From an uncultured delta proteobacterium (GTDB lineage: Bacteria; Desulfobacterota; WTBG01; CAIYCZ01; CAIRTM01): 64,000 nt of DNA. Positions within the stretch are counted from its first letter, which is position 1. Each line of letters begins with the position of its first letter. The notes below the pieces were generated by a model. It was not told where the DNA came from, did no database searches, and saw nothing but the letters and a program-made list of their open reading frames with translations. A program made the position numbers and the translations under genes. Of the stretch, positions 10,533 to 20,612 are shown piece by piece. The stretch lies in NCBI GenBank assembly GCA_963804955.1, contig CAWDSQ010000030.1, forward strand, positions 1 through 64,000. Direction: 5' to 3'.

Positions 10533-11804
10533 CTAGATTGTTTGCCGTGCGAGAAGATTTTCCAGGTACCGGGATTTCATCTGGCTGCTTGCCATAAGCT
10601 GCTTGACCGGAGGCAGTTTTAGAATGACGCCCAGTATGGCAGCCATGACCCGGTGATTGAGATGCGCCTGATTATCAAAAACCAGATGATGAAGGGTGCC
10701 CCGCTCTATTGCCATCAGGACAATGCGATGCGCGGAATTGACCGGGGTGATGACCCGCTCCGCCCGCGGCAGCAGCTCTATTGAGGCTGCCGGGCAGCTG
10801 CGCACGCATACGCCGCAGCCAAGGCAGATATCGGGATTCAGCAGGGCTTTTTTCTTGTTTGCCGCGTTACCCGCCACCAGCTCCAAAGCATTGACCGGAC
10901 AAACCGCTATACACTTGCCGCAGCCGGTACAGACAGCATCCTTTATGCGTGGAATAAAATTGGTCGTATGCACGGGATGAAGCGCTGCAAACCGCTTTGA
11001 TGCCAGCAGCGCCTCGCAGCAGCAGCCGCAGCAGTTGCAGATAAAGGCCGGCCTTTCGCGGACATTTTCCCCGAACTGTACCAGATTGTTTTCATAGGCC
11101 TGGTGTAAAAGTTCAAGGCATTCTGATTTCCCGGCTTTTCTGGCCATACCATGCTTTGTCAGCGAATAGGCCGCGCTGTTAAAAGACATGCAGATTTCCT
11201 GCGGCGCTGCGCAGGCCTTTCCCAGATGCTGCATTTTATGGCGGCAGTAGCACAGGCCGATGCCGATGTGCCGGGCCGTTTCAATAGCGTGCGAAGCCCG
11301 TTCATAATCCAGGACCCTGACAGCAGTGCCTTCCGGCAGCGCGGGCTCATGCACAAAAATTCTGCCAAGCTGGGTCTCTCCGGTAGTGAAAAGATTCTTT
11401 ATAAACTCATCTTCCACATTCAGATACTGGTGGAGAAGCTCTGAGAGGTTTTTCTGGTCAATATCGGTGCGCACGCGCATGAGTGAAAATTCTATAAAGC
11501 CCGCCATGGGCGGGGGCAGAACATACAGCGGCTCGCCGTCGCTTTCAAGGTCAACCAGCAAGCCCCGGTCCGCCAGATCATCAAGCTTCAGGCGAGCGTC
11601 TTTTGCAGACATTTTCCAGATTCCGGCGATTTTTTTTACGGTAAACGGCCTGATCGGCGTAAGCGACATCAGGCGGGCATCCTGTTCGGAAAACAGCACT
11701 TTCAGGATTTTAAAAAGCAGCTCTGACGGCGGCGCGCCCTGCGGAAAGCGGTTGAGCCTTTCCACCAGCTGCTGATAGGCCGATGCATGAGCGATGTGAG
11801 ACAT
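10533..11804 (-). CDS. 4Fe-4S dicluster domain protein, last gene of the ars cluster
   Basis: CYCR, ICNCCGCCC and two CxxCxxCxxxCP motifs. Confidence 0.85.
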   Translation of the reverse strand: MSHIAHASAYQQLVERLNRFPQGAPPSELLFKILKVLFSEQDARLMSLTPIRPFTVKKIAGIWKMSAKDARLKLDDLADRGLLVDLESDGEPLYVLPPPMAGFIEFSLMRVRTDIDQKNLSELLHQYLNVEDEFIKNLFTTGETQLGRIFVHEPALPEGTAVRVLDYERASHAIETARHIGIGLCYCRHKMQHLGKACAAPQEICMSFNSAAYSLTKHGMARKAGKSECLELLHQAYENNLVQFGENVRERPAFICNCCGCCCEALLASKRFAALHPVHTTNFIPRIKDAVCTGCGKCIAVCPVNALELVAGNAANKKKALLNPDICLGCGVCVRSCPAASIELLPRAERVITPVNSAHRIVLMAIERGTLHHLVFDNQAHLNHRVMAAILGVILKLPPVKQLMASSQMKSRYLENLLARQTI

Positions 11805-11828
11805 GCCTTTTGTTTACATCAAAACAGA

Positions 11829-12515
11829 TCAAAATAAAAAATATATTTTGCTATGTAATACAATCCGATCAAAATTAAAACAGCACCGGTTAGCTATGCG
11901 CACAATGCGTTCTGCAGCAGTAATCTTTTTAAACAAACCGCTCACCCAGTGAACACCGAAAACAATTGCCACGGCAAATACGATGACCGGCAGGCCGGTG
12001 CCAAGGCCGTAGACGAAGGGAAACAGGAGCGGAGACTTGCTGCTGACGGCAAGGGGGATCAGGCTGCCGAAAAAAAGCGCCGCAGATACCGGGCAGAAGG
12101 CAAGGGCAAATATGATGCCCAGCAGCAGCGCTCCCCATGCCCCACGGCTTTTCAGGCTTTGCACCCGCGCCTGCGAAATAACAAAACCCGAAAAAGGCAA
12201 AGCTATCAGATCAAGCAGCACAACGCCGGTGAGAACCAGCAGCGGTCCGATTACTTTGGGCATATACATCTGCAGGTAGTACGACACCAGGGGCACATTG
12301 ACCAGGGACGCGCTGATGCATGCTCCGAGCGCTGTATAGCAGAGTATTCTGCCAAAGATATAGCTTGAACCCGACCACAGGACGGTGGACTTTTTTTTGA
12401 TATCCCGGCTGATGAAGGATACGGCAGCAATATTGGAAGCCAAAGGGCAGGGGCTCACCGAGGTGAGAATCCCCAGCCACAAGGCCGACAGAATGGGCAG
12501 TGTTTGCTCGTCCAT
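11829..12515 (-). CDS. ArsG-like / DsbD-type (cytochrome c biogenesis-like) membrane protein
   Basis: LGILTSVSPCPLASN and LAFCPVSAALFF motifs; multiple TM helices; ars context. Confidence 0.75.
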   Translation of the reverse strand: MDEQTLPILSALWLGILTSVSPCPLASNIAAVSFISRDIKKKSTVLWSGSSYIFGRILCYTALGACISASLVNVPLVSYYLQMYMPKVIGPLLVLTGVVLLDLIALPFSGFVISQARVQSLKSRGAWGALLLGIIFALAFCPVSAALFFGSLIPLAVSSKSPLLFPFVYGLGTGLPVIVFAVAIVFGVHWVSGLFKKITAAERIVRIANRCCFNFDRIVLHSKIYFLF

Positions 12516-12524
12516 GCTGCGTGC

Positions 12525-12957
12525 CTACAGGTATGCTTCGACTTCTTTTTTCACATAGCTAAAAAAGGCCGTCTGATCTCCTACGTTCTGCCATACGGCA
12601 GGTAAATTTTTCCAGGCCGTCTGCTTGCCGTTTTCATATTTCACCAGCACCAGCGACCGGGTCACGAGCTGATAATCCTGCACAAAATGCTGGTTTTCAG
12701 GCTCGTCGATATTTATCGGCTGAAACACCAGCGCCCCGCTTTTCAGCTGCTGCGCAAAATTGAGCTCGATGGCCTCCCGTGAATACTGCTCGATTTTTTT
12801 GCAGGTCGCGCAGCGAAAATTGCCGTGGAAATAATAAGCGGCGATAAATGACTTTGATTGTGCTGCCGGCGCCTTTTTTGCTGTGGCATTGTCAGCATGC
12901 GACGCAGTGTATAAGCAAAAAACAACTGCAATAAGCAGTCAGTAATTGAGCAGACAT
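12525..12957 (-). CDS. ArsF-like thioredoxin-fold exported protein (N-terminus frameshifted)
   Basis: The frame upstream of ORF 12525-12728 reads YYFHGNFRCATCKKIEQ (CxxC), then ...VFQPINIDEPENQHF. Confidence 0.7.
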
Positions 12958-13124
12958 TATTCCTGAAATTGTTCTATTTTTATCCTTTATGAGAATATAG
13001 TGTCATTCCAGTGAGCAATCTCTGCCTTGTCGTAGGGGCTCAAAATTTTGAGCGACACGGAATATCAAGATTGCAGCGTGGCTCTCTCATGTAATGTCAA
13101 CCGCTGGACTTTTCGGCATCATAT

Positions 13125-13559
13125 CTAACTAATCAGGCTGACCGCCTGATGCAGTTTCAGCTTCAGGAAACGACCGCATGATGCATTATCGGCAAGCCGC
13201 CTTTTTACCGCATCCTTGACCCTTGCAACCGCATCCGTATCAAGCACGCCATCATGGGGCTGCTTCTTAAATCCCAACTCGGTTACCACCACATAGTCGG
13301 TCATGGGCACTTCGGCATGTTCCAGAGCCTTTTTCGTGCAGGCAACCGGGCAGCCGTCAATGCCAATAACCCGGTCGGCGCCTCTGCCCGATGCTATCAT
13401 GCCGGAATTATGGCTGCCGATGCCGGCGAGGCAAAGCATTTTTGCAATGCCCTCCTGCTGCAGATCAACAGCGGCCTGATTTGCTATCTGCCCAACATTT
13501 GCAGCCCCTGAGCAGGTAAATAGTACTGTAGTCTTGCCCGAACAACATTCGTTTGCCAT
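13125..13559 (-). CDS. DGC-domain putative zinc-binding protein
   Basis: CSGAANVGQ, CLAGIG and IDGCPVAC motifs. Confidence 0.85.
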   Translation of the reverse strand: MANECCSGKTTVLFTCSGAANVGQIANQAAVDLQQEGIAKMLCLAGIGSHNSGMIASGRGADRVIGIDGCPVACTKKALEHAEVPMTDYVVVTELGFKKQPHDGVLDTDAVARVKDAVKRRLADNASCGRFLKLKLHQAVSLIS

Positions 13560-13591
13560 GATGTTTCTCCCTATATGTAACATGTATTTAA

Positions 13592-13765
13592 GTACAAAGC
13601 CCCGAAAACAAGGGGGCAATATTTATGTATACAAAAAAAATATGCCCTTTTTATCCCCCTTTGAAAAAAGGGGGATACAGGGGGATTTTTTGTAGTCTGA
13701 TAAATCCCCCTAACCCCCTTTGCTAAAGGGGGATTTTTCGCCCCCTCTTTTGCGGGGCTTTGTAC
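13592..13765. mobile_element. MITE with TAA target duplication, carrying a CCCCC-TTT/AAA-GGGGG REP doublet
   Basis: TIRs GTACAAAGCCCCG...CGGGGCTTTGTAC, flanked by TAA at 13589-13591 and 13766-13768. Confidence 0.7.
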
Positions 13766-13820
13766 TAAGCAATCAATCAAACCAATCCGCGTCGGCGGCC
13801 TAAGTGAAACCGATAAACCG

Positions 13821-14054
13821 CTACTTTGTAATCATTTTCTTGATTTCATCAACGCTCAGCACTTTCCCGGCTGATTTTACCTCTCCATCAACTGCAAGGG
13901 CAGGGGTAATCATGACTCCGGCATTCATGATCTTCTGTATATCCTCAACCTTGGTAACCTCAGCATCAATTTTCAATTCACCCACAGCCCCAAGAGCATT
14001 TTCAAACAGCTTTTTGCATTTGGGACAGCCAGTGCCCAGAATTTCAATTTTCAT
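13821..14054 (-). CDS. Small redox-active disulfide protein (thioredoxin family, MTH895-like)
   Basis: MKIEILGTGCPKC...TPALAVDGEVKSAG. Confidence 0.92.
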   Translation of the reverse strand: MKIEILGTGCPKCKKLFENALGAVGELKIDAEVTKVEDIQKIMNAGVMITPALAVDGEVKSAGKVLSVDEIKKMITK

Positions 14055-14243
14055 TGATTTGTTTCTCCTTTCATTGAAAAAATATTTTTTAACATCATTT
14101 ATTGTTTTTCAAATCCTTGGAAGTCCACTCCAAAGCCACCTCGACCTTCCCCTGTATCTATCACTTTTTTTGTTCATGAAAAAGGGGAATACCATTAGAA
14201 ACAGGCATAGCAACACGTAAGGTATTGCAGCCAGGGCATTTCT

Positions 14244-14543
14244 TTATTTACCTGCGGCCATTGTTTTACAGGTGGCAAGTATCCACTTTGCGTGAAACAG
14301 TATATGCAGAACAAGCAAACCAAGACCAATGCATGCGATCACAAGATGAATCGTTCCCCATTCATGTCTGTCCATGCCAAAAAAAGAAAGGTCTACATTG
14401 CTACCATACTTGATCCACCGCTTGCTGCCGGGAACAAGCATATATTTCATAAGGAAACCGATCCCGGCCACCAGCGCCATGCAAAGAAACATGAGGGCAT
14501 CAAGAATAAAGTTGTGTTTGGGCTTTATCATTATTTGATCCAT
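14244..14543 (-). CDS. DUF4405-like membrane protein (probably extends further via a frameshift)
   Basis: TM helices with RHEWGTIH and LHILFH His motifs. Confidence 0.7.
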   Translation of the reverse strand: MDQIMIKPKHNFILDALMFLCMALVAGIGFLMKYMLVPGSKRWIKYGSNVDLSFFGMDRHEWGTIHLVIACIGLGLLVLHILFHAKWILATCKTMAAGK

Positions 14544-14741
14544 ATGATTATTGCAGCATTATTTTTTATCGATTTTTTTGTTGCCATACCATGCATCCGG
14601 TTTCCGTGATGTTAGTAGAATTTTGCTTCTGGCTTTGGTACTGCACTCGCAAAAGAAAAACCGTTTTATAATCGCATCAAACACTGAAAATATTTTTTTA
14701 AGACACAGCATCCTCGCTCCGATGTCAAAAATAAAGGTTTC

Positions 14742-14942
14742 TATTTGCGCTTTTCCTGTAAACCCTCCAGAATGTCATCCTTATAGTTAAGCCTTTTTAT
14801 ATGCAGGCTCCTTCACAGTTTCCCCTTTTTCGTTCAAAGGATCACTGTAGGCACCCGCCTGATCTTCATCAATCATAATGCGGTCCAGTTCCATTACCTC
14901 CTGCGGTTCAAGAGAGACTGTCTTTTTTGTAATTTCCAGCAT
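14742..14942 (-). CDS. Small hypothetical protein (MLEITKKTVSLEPQEVMELDRI...), reading frame broken
   Basis: AGGAG RBS and ATG at 14942; the 3' end is uncertain. Confidence 0.35.
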
Positions 14943-14967
14943 AATGCTTCTCCTGTACGGCGAGTGA

Positions 14968-15312
14968 TCAGCCGTTCAATATTTTGCCGACTTCCTTGAC
15001 AATAACCGGCACCTGAACCATGCCTGCAGATTTCATCTCGCCGTCAATAATCACAAGCGGCGAAGGCTCTTCTTTAGTAGCCAGAAGTTGTCCAAACGTA
15101 GATTCCTTTTCCTGTGGCGCCATGAGCAGATCGACATATTCTGTAGCGGTCCTTCCCGGATACGCCGCTTCCAATGCAGCCTTCAATTCTTCGGCTTTGT
15201 TTTTCACCGAAGCATATTCAGGCCCGCAGGTTGTCGGTGTGCAGCAAGCGCATCCCTTGTTTATACCAGGCAGATCAAAAATTCTAATTTTCACCATATT
15301 TTTTGCAGTCAT
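14968..15312 (-). CDS. Cys-rich thioredoxin-fold protein, possibly an ArsD-like metallochaperone
   Basis: IRIFD...CACC...C N-terminus and PLVIIDGE; ars context. Confidence 0.6.
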   Translation of the reverse strand: MTAKNMVKIRIFDLPGINKGCACCTPTTCGPEYASVKNKAEELKAALEAAYPGRTATEYVDLLMAPQEKESTFGQLLATKEEPSPLVIIDGEMKSAGMVQVPVIVKEVGKILNG

Positions 15313-15349
15313 ATTTTTTCCTTCACGTATGTATTTAAAGAAACTTTAC

Positions 15350-16649
15350 CTAAAAAAACGTACCGAACAGCATGCCGGTAAACGTCGCCATGACAACTAC
15401 CAGTGAGCAATACACGACGGTTTTTTTCGTACCCATGATACTGACCAACACGAGCATGCTGGGAAGTGAAAGCGCCGGGCCGGCAAGAAGCAGGGCAAGT
15501 GCCGGGCCTTTGCCCATGCCGCTGCCAAGCAGGCCCTGCACGATCGGCACTTCGGTAAGTGTTGCAAAATACATAAAAGCGCCGACAACGGAGGCAAAAA
15601 AGTTCGCCCCCAGGGAATTGCCGCCCACGAGATTTGTTACCCATGCGTTGGGAATCAGCCCTTCATTGCCCGGACGCCCCAGCAGAAGGCCGGATACGAG
15701 CACGCCGCCCAGCAGCAGCGGAGTGATCTGCTTGGCAAAGCCCCAGCTTGCGCTGAACCATTCACCCGAGTTCCCCCTGATCACGGCTTGTGATTATGGA
15801 AAGCCCGATAACCCCAGCGCCGAAGGCGATAAGCGGCTCATGGGGAAACAGGAAGGCAAGCACGGCTGTCGGCACGGCGTCCCAGAGCAGCTTCGCCCAT
15901 GCCATGCCAAACCAGAGCACAAGAATGACGGCAAAAGCAAGCTGCTGAAAGACCGGTCAGATACCATTTGATGGAGTAGATTGCAGAGAAGAATCCTTCA
16001 TTGGAATCGGGTTTGCCCCAGTTTGCAAAAACAAGAATTGCAACCATGAGGGCGAAATAAAGTGTGTTTGCCAGAGCGGTCGTTTCACCTCCGGCTCGGG
16101 CATGGCCATTTGACCGCTAGCCTTGGCGATTTCCTCCTTGCGAAATATCAAATGCATGAGCAGCCCGATAATAACGCTGAAAACAACAGCGCCTGCGGCG
16201 CGGGCAACACCGATATCAAGCCCCAGAATGCGCGCGGAAAGAATCATGGCAAGCACATTGATTGCCGGGCCGGAATACAGAAATGCGCTTGCAGGCCCCA
16301 GGCCTGCGCCCATTTTATAAATTCCACCGAAAAGCGGCAGGACCGTGCAGGAACAGACGGCAAGCACGGAGCCCGATACTGACGCCACGCCGTAGGCAAG
16401 CACCCTGTTTGCCCGTGCACCGAGGTATTTCATGACTGATGCCTGGCTGACAAACACGGAAATGGCGCCTGCTATGAAAAAGGCCGGAATAAGGCACAGC
16501 AGCACATGCTCGCGGGCATACCACTTGACCAGCTGGAACGATTCCGTTACCGCATTATCAAACCGCGGCACGCCAACCGGCAGATAAAAGCAGGCAAGAA
16601 AGGCCGCGATGATGACGGCAAGAGGCTTCCATTCAGTTTTCCAGTCCAT
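15350..16649 (-). CDS. ArsP-family permease (several frameshifts)
   Basis: REHVLLCLIPAFFIAG, LAVCSCTVLPLF, FLYSGPAIN, MYFATLTEVP and LLAGPALSLP motifs. Confidence 0.9.
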
Positions 16650-16691
16650 GGTTCGATTTCTCAAAAAAATTCATTTATAAACACAAACTCC

Positions 16692-17015
16692 AGATCTCTC
16701 CCTCCGGTCGAGATGACTGAAAGGGTCGGTTGAAGATGACAGCACTGTTGAGAGTAATAAAAAACAATGTCATTTCGACCGAAGAGAGAAATCTCAAAAA
16801 TTCAAACGTATAGCGAGTCCGTTGTTGCGCCAAGCTCGGCAATCCTTAAAAACCAGATCTCTCCCTTCGGTCGAGATGACAAAAGGGTCGGTCGAGATGA
16901 CGAATGGACCGGTCGAGATGACAGCCCTGCTCAGAGTAATAAAAAATAGTGTCATTTCGACCGAAGGGAGAAATCTCCTTCCTAAGATGTCATTTCGAAG
17001 CGAAGCGAGAAATCT
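16692..17015. repeat. Left array of REPIN-like hairpin units
   Basis: Arms TGTCATTTCGACCGAAG(A/G)GAGAAATCT at 16768 and 16950, variant at 16988. Complementary arms AGATCTCTCCCT(T/C)CGGTCGAGATGAC at 16692 and 16855. Period 182 bp. Confidence 0.92.
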
Positions 17016-17031
17016 TTTTCGGGGGAAAAAT

Positions 17032-17322
17032 TTAAAATTTTAAACTTAAATCCTCCCACTTCGGATTATTCTCAATAACCAGTCGATTCTTTTTTTCTCG
17101 CCGCCATTTCTTTATCTCTTTTTCTCTGGAAATTGCAGCAACCGGGTCTTCAGTTGTTTCAAAGTAAACAAGCTTGTTAACATTATATTTCGAGGTGAAG
17201 CCTTTAATCATCTTAGTTTTATGCTCCAGTATTCGCCGTTGCAGATCATTTGTCATGCCGATGTACATGACCTTGTTGTTCGAATTTGTCAGAATGTAGA
17301 CGAAAAACAGTTTATCGTTCAA
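17032..17322 (-). CDS. Stand-alone GIY-YIG nuclease (UPF0213-like, 96 aa)
   Basis: FVYIL...YIGMTNDLQRRILEH...FTSKY...LVYFE...AISREKEIK...NP; expected catalytic Y/R/H/E/N residues present; TTG start. Confidence 0.92.
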   Translation of the reverse strand: MNDKLFFVYILTNSNNKVMYIGMTNDLQRRILEHKTKMIKGFTSKYNVNKLVYFETTEDPVAAISREKEIKKWRREKKNRLVIENNPKWEDLSLKF

Positions 17323-17363
17323 AGACTTGTCCTTGAAATCATTTCAAAACTAGTTGCACTTCG

Positions 17364-17887
17364 AGATCTCTCCCTCTGGTCGAGATGACGAATGGACCGG
17401 TCGAGATGACAGCCCTGCTCAGAGTAATAAAAAATAGTGTCATTTCGACCGAAGGGAGAAATCTCAAAAATTCAAACGTATAGCGAGTCCGTTGTTGCGC
17501 CAAGCTCGGCAATCCTTAAAAACCAGATCTCTCCCTTCGGTCGAGATGACAAAAGGGTCGGTCGAGATGACGAATGGACCGGTCGAGATGACAGCCCTGC
17601 TCAGAGTAATAAAAAATAGTGTCATTTCGACCGAAGGGAGAAATCTCAAAAATTCAAACGTATAGCGAGTCCGTTGTTGCGCCAAGCTCGGCAATCCTTA
17701 AAAACCAGATCTCTCCCTTCGGTCGAGATGACAAAAGGGTCGGTCGAGATGACAAAAGGGTCGGTCGAGATGACGAATGGATCGGTCGAGATGACAGCCC
17801 TGCTCAGAGTAATAAAAAATAGTGTCATTTCGACCGAAGGAAGAAATCTCCGTCCTAAAACCCATTTCGGACCGCAAGGACAAATCT
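17364..17887. repeat. Right array of REPIN-like hairpin units
   Basis: Left arms at 17438, 17620 and 17823; right arms at 17364, 17525 and 17707. Units of 182 and 203 bp with an identical internal spacer and 21-bp subrepeats ending CGGTCGAGATGAC. Confidence 0.92.
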
Positions 17888-17916
17888 TAAATTATAAGCT
17901 GTAAAAGCAAGCCCTT

Positions 17917-18326
17917 TCAATCTTTGAAATTTCCCACAAACTCCCGGATCTCATCCCGCACTTTTCTAAATGATTCAAGAACTTCCTGATCGCTTCCCGT
18001 AACTGCCGCAGGGTCGTCAAAACCATGATGCGTTTTTACACCTTTTCCGAAAAACACCGGGCAGTTCTGTGCCGCGCTGCCGCAGAGGGTAATGATATAA
18101 TCAAATTCTTCTTATGGGCAGGTCGTCAATATGCTTTGATGTCTGGCCTGATGGCATCAATGCCGATTTCACGCAGCACCTCTATGGTTTTCGGGTGCAC
18201 GCCCTTTGGCTCAGTGCCCGCGGAAAAAACTTCAAATTCATCACCGCGCAAGTGCCGCATGAGCCCTTCGGCAAGCTGGCTGCGGGCAGAATTGCCGGTG
18301 CAAAGAAAGAGTATTTTTTTTTTCAT
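17917..18326 (-). CDS. arsC: Arsenate reductase, thioredoxin/LMW-PTP type (frameshifts)
   Basis: ILFLCTGNSARSQLAEG, ITLC...NCP and FDDPA motifs. Confidence 0.88.
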
Positions 18327-19145
18327 GGCATATTTCCCTTCCGGCTTTTCGCCATAGACAGTGATGGATAGGATTTGAGCGCCGGAATTTTTAAATTCAT
18401 CAAGCTCCTGCTGCGATAAATACTGCAAAAGAATGGAATCGGGTATGGCATACACCTTTTCTTTTTTTATTGAAATATTGGCAAATCCCGCTTCGGCAAC
18501 AATACCCAGATACGCGTCCTTAGTTAAGCGCGCCGGCCACACAGCCTGCATACATTTCAGCGGCAGATTGTATTTTTGGGGCAGCTTTCCGTTAACGACT
18601 ATATCTGAAATACCGAATCGTGCCGCCGGGCTTCAGTACGCGGTAAATTTCCTGAAATGCTTTGAGTTTATCAGGCACAAGGTTTATGACGCAGTTGCTC
18701 ACAACGACATCAGCAGTGTTGTCATCAACCGGCATGTGCTCTATATCCCCAAGCCTGAATTCGACATTTTCACAGCCAAGCTTTCGGCATTTTTCTGTGC
18801 CCGCTCAATCATGGCCTGCGTCATGTCGATGCCGATGACCTTGCCTTTTTCGCCGACAATTCTTCTGGCAATAAAGACATCATTCCCCGCGCCTGATCCA
18901 AGATCAATAACAGTTTCTCCCGGCTTTAGATCCACTGCCTCTGTCGGTATGCCGCAGCCCAGGCCCAGGTCGGCCTCCTTGACATAGCCGTCTTTCTTTG
19001 AATAGTCCGGGCTGAAGGTTGTGTAGATTTCCGCATCCGCACTGCCCGGGCAGCAGCAGGAACAGGAAGCAGCCGCGGGCGATTTCTTTGCAATCTCTGC
19101 GTATTTTTCTTTAACGATGTCTTTGATTTTGTCTTTGTCGTCCAT
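18327..19145 (-). CDS. arsM: Arsenite S-adenosylmethionine methyltransferase (frameshifts)
   Basis: Cys-rich N-terminus, [28 protein letters not shown]-terminal ITVYGEKP. Confidence 0.88.
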
Positions 19146-19169
19146 GAGTGGCTGCCTCGTAAAAGGGTA

Positions 19170-20231
19170 TCAAACAGTTCCGTTAGGAATGTTAAAATAC
19201 TTCTTCCTGAAATAGAGCGATACATTGACAAGGCTGATAAGCACCGGCACCTCGACAAGGGGGCCGATGACGGCGGCAAAGGCAACGCCCGAGTTGATGC
19301 CGAACACGGCAACTGCGACAGCGATGGCAAGCTCGAAGTTATTGGACGCCGCGGTAAATGACAGCGTTGCGCTCTGGCCGTAAGGGGCGCCCACCTTTTT
19401 GCTCATAAAAAATGACACGAAGAACATGATGACAAAATAAATAAGCAGCGGTATGGCGATGCGCACAACATCGAAGGGGATTTTTACAATGAGTTCACCC
19501 TTAAGGGAGAACATGACAAGAATGGTGAACAGCAGGGCGATCAGCGTTATCGGGCTGATTTTGGGGATGAATTTTTCCTGATACCATTTCTTATCTTTTA
19601 TATTTATGAGCGTGAAGCGCGTGATGATGCCTGCGATAAACGGGATGCCAAGATATATAAAAACGCTTTCAGCGATCTGGCCGATGGTGATATCGACCAC
19701 AACGCCCTTCAGCCCGATCATGGGCGGCAGCACGGTAATGAAAATCCAGGCATACAGGGAAAAGAACAGCACCTGAAAGACTGAATTGAAAGCCACAAGC
19801 CCGGCGCAGTATTCAGTATCGCCTTTGGCCAGATCATTCCAGACAATGACCATGGCAATGCAGCGGGCAAGACCGATCATGATAAGCCCGACCATGTATT
19901 CGGGATAGTCGCGCAGAAAAACAATGGCCAGCACGAACATAAGGATAGGCCCGATGATCCAGTTCTGCACCAGCGACAGCCCGAGCACTTTAAAATTGTG
20001 AAACACCTCGCCCATTTCTTCATATTTCACCTTGGCAAGAGGCGGGTACATCATGAGAATAAGCCCGATGGCGATGGGAATATTGGTGGTGCCGGACTCG
20101 AACTGCTTCCAGAATCCACCAATCCCCGGAAAGAGATATCCCCAGCCGACACCGACAAACATGGCAAGAAATATCCAGAGCGTCAGATAGCGGTCAAGAA
20201 ACGATAGTTTTTTTGTCAGGCTTTCAGTCAT
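19170..20231 (-). CDS. acr3: ACR3-family arsenite efflux transporter
   Basis: [36 protein letters not shown] and GPLVEVP motifs. Confidence 0.96.
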   Translation of the reverse strand: MTESLTKKLSFLDRYLTLWIFLAMFVGVGWGYLFPGIGGFWKQFESGTTNIPIAIGLILMMYPPLAKVKYEEMGEVFHNFKVLGLSLVQNWIIGPILMFVLAIVFLRDYPEYMVGLIMIGLARCIAMVIVWNDLAKGDTEYCAGLVAFNSVFQVLFFSLYAWIFITVLPPMIGLKGVVVDITIGQIAESVFIYLGIPFIAGIITRFTLINIKDKKWYQEKFIPKISPITLIALLFTILVMFSLKGELIVKIPFDVVRIAIPLLIYFVIMFFVSFFMSKKVGAPYGQSATLSFTAASNNFELAIAVAVAVFGINSGVAFAAVIGPLVEVPVLISLVNVSLYFRKKYFNIPNGTV

Positions 20232-20249
20232 GATTCATTCCTCCTTCAA

Positions 20250-20594
20250 TTATTTTTTACAAATTTCCTGTCTGCACAGCGTAGCCGCTGTTTTTCTATC
20301 GTGTTTCACACAGGGGTCATCATTAACCCAGGCTTTAAGCTGCTTGAGTATCAGCGGGGCATACTGGTTTACCTGTTCCCGGCAAAGCCTGTAATCAATC
20401 CACTGGCCTTCGCGTTCATCGGTAACCAGGCCGGCCTCTTTGAGAAGGCTCAGATGCTTTGACACGCTGGGCTGCGTTATGCCCAGGGCTGCCGACAGCT
20501 CGCATACGCACATGTTTTTCTGCTCGAGCATCTTCAGTATGCGCAGGCGGTTCTTGTCGCCTGCGGCTTTTAATACTTTTAAAAGTTCTCTCAT
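20250..20594 (-). CDS. arsR: ArsR/SmtB-family metalloregulator
   Basis: KAAGDKNRLRIL, MCVCEL and QPSVSKHL motifs; GGAG RBS before the ATG at 20594. Confidence 0.93.
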   Translation of the reverse strand: MRELLKVLKAAGDKNRLRILKMLEQKNMCVCELSAALGITQPSVSKHLSLLKEAGLVTDEREGQWIDYRLCREQVNQYAPLILKQLKAWVNDDPCVKHDRKTAATLCRQEICKK

Positions 20595-20612
20595 GCACAG
20601 CTCCATAAAATA

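Noticed and set aside
16692..17887. CRISPR array
   Set aside because: The sequences between repeats are identical rather than unique spacers, the arms alternate in orientation, and no cas genes are in the window.
16767..17904. Repeated 60-76 aa ORFs (MSFRPKGEISK..., MLRQARQSLK...)
   Set aside because: They are by-products of the repeat unit being open in several frames; no RBS or recognisable domain.
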